Notes: generated by a model not told the origin, from the letters alone. Positions 12,795 to 23,029 are shown, numbered from the stretch's first letter. The stretch: DNA of 64,000 bases from an uncultured Alphaproteobacteria bacterium (GCA_902617485.1 CACMXD010000001.1:10430-74429), one strand, 5' to 3'. Numbers and translations are program-made.

Positions 12795-13779
12795 AGTAGG
12801 CATAATTGGAGCAAATGGTTATTTAGGTGTTGAGTTAATAAGAATTCTCTCTGTACATCCTGAAGTTAAATTATCAAAAATTTTTAAAAGAGAAATGGAA
12901 ATAGATGAGGAATTTCCTCATTTACAGTCATTGGATCTAAAAGATTTACAGACATCTGATCTTGATGAATTTAAAAATCTCGATTGTGTTTTTTTATCAT
13001 TACCTCATGGTTCAGCCCACGAATATGTCAAAGAATTATTATCAAAAGTTAAAATTATAGACCTAAGTTCTGATTTTAGGATTTCTAATCAAGAGGATTA
13101 TAACAAATATTACAAAACAAATTTTGATGCTGACATTCAAAGCAAATTTCAATATGGATTTATTGAAAATTCAATTGATGACATAAAAAAATCTTCTAAC
13201 ATATCCAATCCTGGTTGTTTTGCACTAACAGCTCAACTATCTTTATTACCATTTCAATCTATAATTAAAAAAGTATCTATTACTGCTATAACTGGATCAA
13301 GTGGTGGTGGTAAAAATCCCTCAAATAAAAATCATCATTCGACAAGATCTAAAGATATTTTTTCATACAATATAAATTCACATCGACATTTAGGAGAAAT
13401 TTATCAATCTTTTCCTAATTTAAAGGAGTCTCTATCGTTTGTTCCACTGTCGGGACCTTTCTCTCGAGGTATATATCTAACAAGTCACATAGAAACATTT
13501 GAAGATGTAACTCATGAGTCTTTAAATTTAAGCTTAGTTGATTGTTTTAAATCTTCTCCTTTTATAAGAATACAAAATAATACTAAGCTCTCTAATGTAG
13601 TAGGTTCAAATTATTTTGATATTTCATTGTCTTTCAAAGATCAGAGACATTTCGTTTTAGAGGCTTGTTTAGATAATTTAGTAAAGGGTGCTTCAGGTAA
13701 CGCTGTTGAGTGTATGAATATAATTTTTGATCTTGATCAATCATTAGGATTGAAACAAATGATACCGTTATATCTATAA
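12787..13779 (+). CDS. argC: N-acetyl-gamma-glutamyl-phosphate reductase
   Basis: GANGYLG, LSLPHG, IIDLSSDFR, SNPGCF, HRHLGEI, DNLVKGASGNA. Confidence 0.92.
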   Translation: MIKVGIIGANGYLGVELIRILSVHPEVKLSKIFKREMEIDEEFPHLQSLDLKDLQTSDLDEFKNLDCVFLSLPHGSAHEYVKELLSKVKIIDLSSDFRISNQEDYNKYYKTNFDADIQSKFQYGFIENSIDDIKKSSNISNPGCFALTAQLSLLPFQSIIKKVSITAITGSSGGGKNPSNKNHHSTRSKDIFSYNINSHRHLGEIYQSFPNLKESLSFVPLSGPFSRGIYLTSHIETFEDVTHESLNLSLVDCFKSSPFIRIQNNTKLSNVVGSNYFDISLSFKDQRHFVLEACLDNLVKGASGNAVECMNIIFDLDQSLGLKQMIPLYL

Positions 13780-14627
13780 TGAAAAATCAAAGTTTTTACC
13801 AATCAATATTACAAAATTCCATACTTGTCATTAAAGTTAGTGGTAAAATTTGTGATAATGAAGGAAGCATAGACAATGTTATTAGCGACATTAAAGAATT
13901 ATTAAACTCTATTTCGAAGTTAAAAGTTGTTTTAGTCTTTGGATTTGGACGACAGCTAGATAACTATATGATCAATGTACATGGTATTGAGCCGAAAAAA
14001 ATAAATGGTAGAAGAGTAACATCTCCTACAGACATAGAGGCAGCCAAAAAAATATCTGGTCAAATTTTAATAGATATTTTTAGCTTGAGTTCACGATATA
14101 ATATCAGAAATTTTCCAATTCCTATTTCAAAGAAAGACTTTATTGCAGCAAAAAGAAGAGATGTAGTTGATGACATTGATTATGGTCAAGTAGGGGACGT
14201 CATTTCAGTTGATGCTTTACAAATTAAAAACTTATTTAAAGAACATGATATGATAATTATGCCAAGTTTAGTTTTAGATAAAAATACATCTGAAGTATTA
14301 AATGTTAATGCTGACACCATTGCTACTGAATTAGCAATAAACCTCTCAGCTAGTAAACTAATTTTTATCTCTGATGTCCCTTTTATCAAAGATACACAAG
14401 GAGAAAGAATTTCTGCAGTTGATGAAAATGTTGCAAGAAAACTATTTGATGAGAAAATCATTTCTAATGGGATGATTGTAAAAGTCGAAAACTCATTAAG
14501 AGCTCTAAATCAAGGTGTTCAAAAAATTCATATTATAAGTGGCGAAATAAAAAATGCTCTTATAAATGAGTTAGAGACAGAAGAGGGTATTGGTACTGTA
14601 TTTCAAAAACAATCTTTAGATTATTGA
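13779..14627 (+). CDS. argB: Acetylglutamate kinase (divergent)
   Basis: VIKVSG, GRRVT, DYGQVGDV, NVNAD, ISDV, GMIVKV, ELETEEGIGT. Confidence 0.85.
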   Translation: MKNQSFYQSILQNSILVIKVSGKICDNEGSIDNVISDIKELLNSISKLKVVLVFGFGRQLDNYMINVHGIEPKKINGRRVTSPTDIEAAKKISGQILIDIFSLSSRYNIRNFPIPISKKDFIAAKRRDVVDDIDYGQVGDVISVDALQIKNLFKEHDMIIMPSLVLDKNTSEVLNVNADTIATELAINLSASKLIFISDVPFIKDTQGERISAVDENVARKLFDEKIISNGMIVKVENSLRALNQGVQKIHIISGEIKNALINELETEEGIGTVFQKQSLDY

Positions 14628-14629
14628 AA

Positions 14630-15784
14630 TTACAACGATTGAGTTATTATATTTATTGCCTTTCTTATTTCTCCACTTGAAACAATCAAAGGAGGTGTAA
14701 GACGAATTATATTCCCTTGAATTAGAGTTGAAATAAGCCCATTTTTAGACATTTTTTCATATGTTTTTAATGCGATTTGATTATTTTTAAACTCTACACC
14801 AGCCATAAGACCCAAACATCTTGTATCAACTATTTTATCTTTGTGTAAAAGGTGCATTTTTTTTATTAGAGAAGATAATAAATTACCATTAATCAGTACT
14901 TTATTTAAAAAACTTTTATTATTTATGGTTCTAAAAACATTATATGAAACTCTTGTTTGAAGCATACCACCTCCAAATGTTGAGCCATGAAAACCAGTAG
15001 AAATAATTTTGGATATATATTTTTTTACTATTGTAGCACCTATTGGAATGCCTGAACCTAAGCCTTTTGCAGAGGTTATGATATCTGGATTGACACCGTA
15101 ATGTTTGTAAGCAAATATTTTACCAGTTCGACCTATACCGCCTTGTATTTCATCCCCAATAAGCAAAATTTTATTATTTTTACATATCCCTTTTATAGCT
15201 TTTGCAAAATCCTTACTGCAAATATTTATACCTCCGTCTCCCTGAACAAATTCAATTATGATTGCTACAGTTTTTTTATTTACTAATTTTTTGAGATGAG
15301 AGACATCATTAAACTTGCAAAACTTTACTTTTCCAGGAACAGGACCAATATTCGATTTATATTTTTTATTACTACCGACTGATAAAGCCCCAATTGTTCT
15401 CCCATGAAAAGAGGAGGTCATTGCGATAATCTCATCTTTACCATTTTTATTACCATAATTTCTAGCAATTTTTAGAGCAGCCTCAATACTCTCGGCACCA
15501 GAGTTAGAAAAGAATACATCCCCTTTATTGGAATTATCAGATAGTAACTTAGATAATTTAGTTTTAAATTCATGTATTTGTGATCCTGACAAATGAGTAA
15601 TTCCTGTTTTAAGTTGAGCTTTAAGGCTATTTTTAATTACTGGATGATTATATCCAAGAGAATTGACAGCAACCCCTGCAGAGAAATCTAATAATTTTCT
15701 TTTATCAGAGGTGTATAAATAACAACCATTGCCCTTTACCACTCTGAAATTACTAAACTTGTAAGTTTTTAATAAGTTATTCAT
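14630..15784 (-). CDS. argD: Acetylornithine aminotransferase (class III)
   Basis: LDFSAGVAVNSLG, NSGAESIE, SFHGRT, DEIQGGIGRTG, AKGLGSGIPIGA, HGSTFGG. Confidence 0.85.
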   Translation of the reverse strand: MNNLLKTYKFSNFRVVKGNGCYLYTSDKRKLLDFSAGVAVNSLGYNHPVIKNSLKAQLKTGITHLSGSQIHEFKTKLSKLLSDNSNKGDVFFSNSGAESIEAALKIARNYGNKNGKDEIIAMTSSFHGRTIGALSVGSNKKYKSNIGPVPGKVKFCKFNDVSHLKKLVNKKTVAIIIEFVQGDGGINICSKDFAKAIKGICKNNKILLIGDEIQGGIGRTGKIFAYKHYGVNPDIITSAKGLGSGIPIGATIVKKYISKIISTGFHGSTFGGGMLQTRVSYNVFRTINNKSFLNKVLINGNLLSSLIKKMHLLHKDKIVDTRCLGLMAGVEFKNNQIALKTYEKMSKNGLISTLIQGNIIRLTPPLIVSSGEIRKAINIITQSL

Positions 15785-15829
15785 GTTTTTTTTTACGTAT
15801 ATTTTTAAAAAAAAAGTAAATTTTGATTG

Positions 15830-16723
15830 TCAAAATCTCCACTGGCTTATTTTATTCATAAGAAAATCTCTAAAAGCTATTAATTTTAAACTTCCTTTTA
15901 GGTTTTCATGATAAACCATATGAACATCGTAACTTGGTCCTTCTATATCTGGTAATACTTTAACAAGATGGGCTTTATGTTGAGCCATATAATCAGGTAA
16001 TGCGGCCAAACCTGCACCAGTTTCAACGGCTACTAATAAACCATATAGATTATTAATTGTAATATGAGGTCTTCTATTTTTTTGGTTTTTTTTAACACCA
16101 GTCTTCAGTATCCAATTGGTGTCAGAAAGGGGGGATGGTTTTCCAATGCCATATGTAATTAATCTATGACTATTAAGTTCTGATCTTCTCAAAGGCATAC
16201 CCATTTCATTTATGTAATTCGCTGATCCGTAGATATGGTATTTGATTGTTGCTATGTGCTTTGAAACTAAATCTAAATGTCTTGGTTTTCGCATCCATAA
16301 ACCAATATCATAATCTTGGCGAAGCATATCTTGCTCATCTTCAGAATAGTTTAGTTTAAGATTAATTTCTGGGTATTCATGAATAAATTCATTGATTCTT
16401 GGGCTTAGCCACATCGATCCAAACGCAACTGTAGTATTAATGGAGAGGTTGCCAGTGGGAACTGACTTATATTCAACTATCTTTTTTTCTATAGAATTTA
16501 AATCAGCAAAAATTTTTTCAGTTTCTTCAAAAAGATAGGAACCCTGCTCTGTGAGAGTTATACCTTTTGTGTGTCTTTTAAATAGTTTGGTTTTTAAACT
16601 ATGCTCAAGAGATTGAATTTGTCTAGTAATAGCAGATTGACTAAGGTGAATAGTGTCCATAGCTCTAGAGATGCTACCTGCTGTAGCAACATGATAAAAT
16701 GTTTTAAGTCTATCCCAATCCAT
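15830..16723 (-). CDS. LysR family transcriptional regulator
   Basis: MDWDRLKTF...LSQSAITRQIQSLE...LFKRHTKGITLT HTH plus substrate-binding domain. Confidence 0.95.
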   Translation of the reverse strand: MDWDRLKTFYHVATAGSISRAMDTIHLSQSAITRQIQSLEHSLKTKLFKRHTKGITLTEQGSYLFEETEKIFADLNSIEKKIVEYKSVPTGNLSINTTVAFGSMWLSPRINEFIHEYPEINLKLNYSEDEQDMLRQDYDIGLWMRKPRHLDLVSKHIATIKYHIYGSANYINEMGMPLRRSELNSHRLITYGIGKPSPLSDTNWILKTGVKKNQKNRRPHITINNLYGLLVAVETGAGLAALPDYMAQHKAHLVKVLPDIEGPSYDVHMVYHENLKGSLKLIAFRDFLMNKISQWRF

Positions 16724-17984
16724 TAATAATTGTATTTAGATCCCCGTTTAGTATCAGAATATCTATTAAATAATATTTTTTTGAAGATTTCAAATCTAAT
16801 AAAATATTATGAGCATCATTTAATTCATTCTTACTTTCAATAAGTTGTGTAATATCTATTTTTTGGGCTTTATATAAAATTTCATTGCCTTGTAATTTTA
16901 ATTCTAAGCTATCAATTATTTTTTCTTGATTGTTTATTTTATTTAAATAAAAATCATAATTGTTCCAAGACTCCAAGTAAGTATTAAGTAAGTCTCTCTT
17001 TAAGTCTTTATGCTTTAATAGTTTTTTTTGATAATTATATTCCTCAATATCAAAATTATTTTCATCTTTAAATCCATCATAAATAGGAACGCTTAGAGAT
17101 AGTGACAAAGATGAGGATCTTCTATGATTAATTGCTGCAGAATAATTATCACTCTCACTTAGGGAATAGGTTAGGTCAATAGAGGGTCTCAAATCTTTTT
17201 TGCTCATCTCTAGTTCAGGTAAATATGTATTTTCAATAAAAGAGAGATATTTGCCATAAGAGGAATTCATCAATTCTGAAAATAATTTCTTACTAATTTG
17301 TGCGTTAGATACGTCTATCACATAATCAAAATTTACATCTTCATCATAAATATCTAGATCAAGTAACTTACTAACTTGAAGCATTAAATTATCTATTTTT
17401 CTATCATAATCTAAAGATACAGATTGTGCTTCTAATAGTTCATTTTCTAAATCTAATACTTCTGTTTTTGTAATTCTGTTTGCCTTAAATAATATTTCAG
17501 CCTCTAGTACTTTTTTTCTATAAAATTCTAAATTCAGTTGTTGATTTTTCTTTTTAAAGACTAATGTCTGTAAATTACTATAACCGTTTAGTAGTTCTTT
17601 GATTAATAACTCTTTTTGATACTCTCTAAGATAATCAAAAGCTTGATTTCTAGTTTGTGTAGTTATTAAATTTAACTGACTAAATCCACCGTTATAGAGG
17701 TTAACCGTAGCGCTTAATGTATGAGTATCTGCGTTTACTGTAGAAGTAGAGTTAGTGCTAGTTGTACTGTTTGAAAAAGAAAATGAATAATCTATTTCTG
17801 GTATATAGAGTGTATCAGCTAATTCTAAATTTTTATCGTCAATCAAATTGTCATACTTAAATTGAGAGTTTGTTTCATTTTTTTCGACAAGGATTTTTAT
17901 TAAATCAGTTATTTCATAGGATAAAATACCCTTTGAAAAAAATAAAAAGAATGTACTTAAAAAAATTATTTTGATTTTTGCCAT
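16710..17984 (-). CDS. TolC family outer membrane protein
   Basis: Signal peptide; two OEP repeats (VNLYNGG, LSVPIYDG) with coiled coils. Confidence 0.75.
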   Translation of the reverse strand: MAKIKIIFLSTFFLFFSKGILSYEITDLIKILVEKNETNSQFKYDNLIDDKNLELADTLYIPEIDYSFSFSNSTTSTNSTSTVNADTHTLSATVNLYNGGFSQLNLITTQTRNQAFDYLREYQKELLIKELLNGYSNLQTLVFKKKNQQLNLEFYRKKVLEAEILFKANRITKTEVLDLENELLEAQSVSLDYDRKIDNLMLQVSKLLDLDIYDEDVNFDYVIDVSNAQISKKLFSELMNSSYGKYLSFIENTYLPELEMSKKDLRPSIDLTYSLSESDNYSAAINHRRSSSLSLSLSVPIYDGFKDENNFDIEEYNYQKKLLKHKDLKRDLLNTYLESWNNYDFYLNKINNQEKIIDSLELKLQGNEILYKAQKIDITQLIESKNELNDAHNILLDLKSSKKYYLIDILILNGDLNTIINGLG

Positions 17985-18739
17985 TCTCTCTCCAAATTAT
18001 TCAAATTCCATTTCAATTTTTTTTTGTTCATTGTTTTTTCCATTTTTTTAAATCTTTTCTCAAATTTCCTATTAGAGTCTCTAATAACTGTTTCAGTATC
18101 AAGTCCTAATTTTCTTGATAAATTAATACAAGAAAATAATAAATCTCCTAATTCCTCTTTAATTTTTCTCTTATTATTAATCTTCATTTCATTTGAAAGC
18201 TCATTTAATTCCTCTTTTACCTTCTTCAAGGTTCCATTTGCATTTTTCCAATCAAATCCCTCTTTTGCAGCTCTTTTTTGAAGCTTAAGTGAACGTGTAA
18301 CAGCAGGGAGATTTACACTTACACCATCTAAAACAGATTTTGCACCTTTCTTCTTTCTTTCAAATTTTTTTTGTGTTTCCCAAAAATCATTTACATCTTG
18401 AACGGTTTTAATTGACTCATCGCGCATAAAAATATGTGGATGACGAGATTTCATTTTTTTTATACTTGTATCAATTACATCTTCAATTGAAAATTTCTTT
18501 TTTTCAGCAGCAATAACTGAGTGATATATAACTTGTAGTAATAAATCGCCAAGTTCTCCTTCTAGCTCTTTGTTATTATTTGACTCAATTGCTTCGATAA
18601 CTTCATATGCTTCCTCTAAAGTATACTTTGCTAATGATTTGGAAGTTTGTTGTATGTCCCATGGACATCCATTTTTGGGATTTCTTAGTCTCTTAACAAC
18701 ATTAATTAAATCATTTAATTTGTTCTTTTTTTTTACCAT
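17966..18739 (-). CDS. mazG: Nucleoside triphosphate pyrophosphohydrolase MazG
   Basis: GCPWDIQQT, EEAYEV, ELGDLLLQV, RHPHIF, GFDW, EELGDLLF. Confidence 0.95.
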   Translation of the reverse strand: MVKKKNKLNDLINVVKRLRNPKNGCPWDIQQTSKSLAKYTLEEAYEVIEAIESNNNKELEGELGDLLLQVIYHSVIAAEKKKFSIEDVIDTSIKKMKSRHPHIFMRDESIKTVQDVNDFWETQKKFERKKKGAKSVLDGVSVNLPAVTRSLKLQKRAAKEGFDWKNANGTLKKVKEELNELSNEMKINNKRKIKEELGDLLFSCINLSRKLGLDTETVIRDSNRKFEKRFKKMEKTMNKKKLKWNLNNLEREWQKSK

Positions 18740-20484
18740 GCTAATGCCTGTGCTTGAAATATTTGACTCTTATAACTTCTAATATCTGCATATGCATCAT
18801 AAATTTTATCTTGTTTTCTAGCGCATAAAATAAAACCTTCGCTCCAGTCTGTAGTTTTAAGGCATTTATGTCCTTTTTTATTTAGTTGGGAAATATAGGG
18901 TGAAAGCCGCTCTTCCAATAATAATTGTTTCAAATTTGGATCATGTGGGTGAAAAAAAGCAGGTAAATGCTCTGATGAAACTCTTGGTTCATTTAATGCT
19001 TGGTCAATAGACTTATTCGAAAATATATAATTCATTAAAAATTGTGCTTGCCATTGATCTTGAGCGTCACCACCCATTGTCCCACAACTTAAAATCTCTT
19101 TCTTTTTTTGATTGATAATTAAAGTAGGACTCAATGTTGTCCTTGGTTGTTGTTCAGGTGCTATAAAATTTACGTGACCTGGTTTTGATAAATAAAATGT
19201 CATTAATCTATTACCTAAGGGAAATCCCAATTCATTAATCACTTCATTAGATCTTATCCATCCACCACTTGGTGTACACGAAATTGCATTATTATCTTTA
19301 TCTATAATACTTATATGAACAGTGCCAGCTCCCCATGGTTTAATGTCATTTTCTATTGGAAGTAATGATTTATTGGATAGGGGGCTACCAGGAATTATAG
19401 AGTCTATTGCCTTCTCTTTAATTAATTGCATTCTTTTATTAAGGTAAGAGTCATTTAATAGGTGATTGGCTTTGATTTTTGAATTGTACTTACCAGTGAA
19501 ATACATCTCTCTGTCAGCAAAAGTTAATTTTAAAATTTCTGTAAATTTATGAATATCACCAGCTGAATTAAGTGATTTAATTTTCTGTTTGTAGAGCATT
19601 TTCAACATCATTAAACTAGTTAATCCTTGTCCCCAGAAATTAGTTTTATGAACTTGATAATCACCATATTTTTCTGAAATTGTTTTTTCAAATATAACAT
19701 TAAAGTTTTCAAAATCCTCTTTTGAGAGAAGCCCTTCATTTTTTTGTGAATATTTTAAAATTGAGTTTGCAACATCGCCTTTGTAAAAAGCATCATGTAA
19801 TTTATTAAATTTATTATTTCTAGATCCTGTGATTTTTTTTTCGTAATTTCCAAGATAATCTATTAAGTTTGCGTAAGCCGAATTTCTAAATAAACTTCCT
19901 AATTTTGGAATTTTATTATTTTTTAAATATAATTTTGCAGAATTTTTCCACTCTTTTATAAATTTACCTTTTAGACTTTTTAAGCCAAATTTATTTTGGT
20001 TTATTATTCCAGTGTGTAAAGGATATCCTTCTTTTGCGTATTCTTTAGCATATTTAGAAATAGTCCTAAAATCTAGTTTGCCATATAATTGTAACATTCT
20101 AAAAATACTAGAAAATGCTGCTGGAACTCCAGCACATAATATTCCCTCATCAGGAACTTCTGTGTATCCTCTTGTAACTAAATTTAAAAAATTAAATTTT
20201 TTTGGAGATATAGTATTTCCATTTAAGACAAGAGGACTTTGGTCTTTAGGCTTTAAAATCATTACTCCTTCACCTCCCATGCCAAACATTTGAGGATTTA
20301 CAAGCCCTTCAACTAACATAGCTCCAGCTGCAGCATCAAAGGCATTACCTTTATCATCATTTAAAATATTATGTGCAGTAATTGATGATAAATTTGAATG
20401 AGTTGCTATGGCACCGTTAGTTCCAGAATAACTTGGTATAAAACTGTTAGAGCTATTATTTTCTATTCTATAAGATCTATTCAT
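18733..20484 (-). CDS. Gamma-glutamyltransferase family (Ntn hydrolase)
   Basis: GNAFDAA, FYKG, ADRE, GTVHISIID (Thr nucleophile), PRTTLSPT, GTMGGDAQDQ. Confidence 0.88.
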   Translation of the reverse strand: MNRSYRIENNSSNSFIPSYSGTNGAIATHSNLSSITAHNILNDDKGNAFDAAAGAMLVEGLVNPQMFGMGGEGVMILKPKDQSPLVLNGNTISPKKFNFLNLVTRGYTEVPDEGILCAGVPAAFSSIFRMLQLYGKLDFRTISKYAKEYAKEGYPLHTGIINQNKFGLKSLKGKFIKEWKNSAKLYLKNNKIPKLGSLFRNSAYANLIDYLGNYEKKITGSRNNKFNKLHDAFYKGDVANSILKYSQKNEGLLSKEDFENFNVIFEKTISEKYGDYQVHKTNFWGQGLTSLMMLKMLYKQKIKSLNSAGDIHKFTEILKLTFADREMYFTGKYNSKIKANHLLNDSYLNKRMQLIKEKAIDSIIPGSPLSNKSLLPIENDIKPWGAGTVHISIIDKDNNAISCTPSGGWIRSNEVINELGFPLGNRLMTFYLSKPGHVNFIAPEQQPRTTLSPTLIINQKKKEILSCGTMGGDAQDQWQAQFLMNYIFSNKSIDQALNEPRVSSEHLPAFFHPHDPNLKQLLLEERLSPYISQLNKKGHKCLKTTDWSEGFILCARKQDKIYDAYADIRSYKSQIFQAQALAW

Positions 20485-20553
20485 TACAAATAATAATTTT
20501 AAGACACACCATAAGTTATTTCTTTTTTAAAAGATTGCATTATAAAGTTATAT

Positions 20554-20991
20554 ATGACCTGGAAGTTAATATCAAAATCTTCATACTCACAACTACTTGG
20601 AGAGTTAGAAACAAAATTAGAAAATAATCAACATAAGTATAGAATGACAGTTTCTGAGAAACATTTAAATTCTGGGAACTTTGCCCATGGTGGCTTTTTA
20701 ATGTCTTTTTTGGATAATGTTATGGGTAATACTGCCTATAAGTCATTTGGTAATAGACCATGTGTAACAATATCAATGAATACTCACTTTACTTTTTCTG
20801 CACAAAAAGGAGATGAGCTCATTGGAATTCCATCTATAGAGAGAATGACAAAAACACTTTGTTTTGTTAAATGCCAAGTATTTTCAAATAATGAAATTAT
20901 TGTTTCAGGCAATGGTATTTGGAAGTTAGTTAAAACATCATCTATGAAAACTGTAAAAGACAAAAAATTAGATGACGATGGTGGTTGGTAA
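20554..20991 (+). CDS. PaaI family hotdog thioesterase
   Basis: HLNSGNFAHGGFLMSFLD. Confidence 0.85.
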   Translation: MTWKLISKSSYSQLLGELETKLENNQHKYRMTVSEKHLNSGNFAHGGFLMSFLDNVMGNTAYKSFGNRPCVTISMNTHFTFSAQKGDELIGIPSIERMTKTLCFVKCQVFSNNEIIVSGNGIWKLVKTSSMKTVKDKKLDDDGGW

Positions 20992-21015
20992 TAATTTAAT
21001 AAATTATAATTAATA

Positions 21016-22158
21016 TTGAAGATACAGATATCAGAAATTACTGCATGTAAGGCACTTTTTTTCTCTATTTCTTTTTTTGTGGGCCTTTGGGCAATTAGAA
21101 TTCCAGATATAAAAGATCAAATAAACGTTGACTATAGTGGTATGGGATATCTTTTTGTAATTTTTTCAATTGGTTCTGTTCTGACAATGATAGCCATGCC
21201 AAAAATAATGCAACTCTATCCATCAAAAAAAATATCTCTTTTATCTGGATTTTTAATTTGTCTTTTATGGATGCTCATACCTTTTGCCCACTCATTCACA
21301 TTAATGGCAATACTCAGTCTTATCTTTGGCGTTTGTTATGGACTTTTTGAAGTAATTCTTAATGTTCAAGCCACTTCTTTAGAAAAAAAATTAAATAAAC
21401 CGATGCTGTCAGGCTTTCACGCATTTTGGAGTATTGGACTATTATCTGGATCGTTGTTAACAAGTTTATTCTTAGAATTTAAAATTAGTTTTTTTATAAA
21501 TTCTCTTGTTTATATTGTTTTTTTAGCCCCATTAATTTTTTTTAGTAGTTTAACTATAGAAAATAATAAATCAGATCCATTATCTTTTTTTTCAATTTTT
21601 TTTAGTTGGCCCTTATTTCTTATAATTTTGGTTGTATTAGCTATCACGGCAGTTTTTTTGGAAGGGGGGACCGACTCCTGGGGGTCTCTATACATGAGAG
21701 ATTACATTAATGCAGACGGTTTCAATATTGGACTTGCTGCAATAGCCTTTAATGGAAGTATGGTTTTTGGAAGACTAATAGGAGATAAATTAAAACAAAT
21801 GTTTGGTATTTATAATTTTCTTGTTTTCTCAGTTTTAGGTTCATTAGTTGGTTCGTTAGTAATTGCATTTAGCAGTTCTTTATTTTTTGCAATAATTGGA
21901 TTTATCATAGCTGGTTTTTGTGTTTCTTCCGTTATTCCAATTTGTTACACGTATGGGTCCTCTATTAAAGGTGTTGACCCCACTGTCGGTATTTCAATTA
22001 TTACAATAGGCACATATGGGGTTTTCATGATAGCGCCTCCTACATTAGGTTATGTTGCAGATATGATAGGTATAGAATTTGTATACACACCAATGTTTAT
22101 ACTTTTTTTCATAGCAAGCATCATTGTAATTTTTCAAAAGAAATTATTCAAAAACTAA
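21016..22158 (+). CDS. MFS transporter
   Basis: About 12 TM helices; WAIRIPDIK, LSGFHAFWSIG, EGGTDSWG, GRLIGD. Confidence 0.85.
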   Translation: MKIQISEITACKALFFSISFFVGLWAIRIPDIKDQINVDYSGMGYLFVIFSIGSVLTMIAMPKIMQLYPSKKISLLSGFLICLLWMLIPFAHSFTLMAILSLIFGVCYGLFEVILNVQATSLEKKLNKPMLSGFHAFWSIGLLSGSLLTSLFLEFKISFFINSLVYIVFLAPLIFFSSLTIENNKSDPLSFFSIFFSWPLFLIILVVLAITAVFLEGGTDSWGSLYMRDYINADGFNIGLAAIAFNGSMVFGRLIGDKLKQMFGIYNFLVFSVLGSLVGSLVIAFSSSLFFAIIGFIIAGFCVSSVIPICYTYGSSIKGVDPTVGISIITIGTYGVFMIAPPTLGYVADMIGIEFVYTPMFILFFIASIIVIFQKKLFKN

Positions 22159-23027
22159 TTTTTTTTTAAAATTAATATATTTCCAAATAGAACAAGAAAC
22201 GACCCAATGTATAAATTTAAGTTCCATATCATACCTTCAAATATTGTAGAAATAATTAGTGCTATAAGTGGCATTATTATTGCAATGTACGCTGCATCAT
22301 TGGCACCTATATTTTTTATTACTGAAAGATAAAGAATAAAACCGAATACACTTCCAAAAACAGATAAATATAGTAATGATATAATATACTTATAACTAAA
22401 ATCAAAATTTAATTCAGTACCAGTTATTAAAAGATAAATTAATAGTGATATAGAGCCATACAACATCCCATATCCTGTAACTGCAACAACATTCAATTTA
22501 ATTTTAGAGGTATACTCTGAAATTAAGTTACCAATAGATGCAAAATAAGTTGCCAATACACCAAGTAAAATCCCAATACTTGTGCTCTTTGATAATTCAA
22601 AATTAATAATTTCATCATAAAATATAAAAAGTAATCCTAACGTTCCAATAAAACCTCCAACCAAAGTCATAATTTTTGGAAATTTACCTTTAAAAATAAT
22701 ATTATTAACAACATTCATAAATAATATTGATGAAAAACAAAGAGCTACAAACCCACTAATTAGATGAACTGTGGATAGGTAAAACAATACATAGTTTATA
22801 TTAAATAATGATATACCTAGAGCAGCTATAAAAAAATGCTCCTTTAGAGTAAATTTAAGATTTATTTTTTTAAATATACAAAATATTAAAATTATTATTG
22901 ATGATAAAAAAAAACGGTAAAAAACTGATGTCATTGGATCAACAATGCCAAGTTGAAATTTAATAATATACCAGGTAGGCCCCCAAACTATTAGTGTTGA
23001 AATAAATAAAAATATTGTATTGTTCAC
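22155..23027 (-). CDS. DMT/EamA family transporter
   Basis: IVWGPTW, YRF, about 10 TM helices in two repeats. Confidence 0.85.
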   Translation of the reverse strand: MNNTIFLFISTLIVWGPTWYIIKFQLGIVDPMTSVFYRFFLSSIIILIFCIFKKINLKFTLKEHFFIAALGISLFNINYVLFYLSTVHLISGFVALCFSSILFMNVVNNIIFKGKFPKIMTLVGGFIGTLGLLFIFYDEIINFELSKSTSIGILLGVLATYFASIGNLISEYTSKIKLNVVAVTGYGMLYGSISLLIYLLITGTELNFDFSYKYIISLLYLSVFGSVFGFILYLSVIKNIGANDAAYIAIIMPLIALIISTIFEGMIWNLNLYIGSFLVLFGNILILKKN

Positions 23028-23029
23028 TT

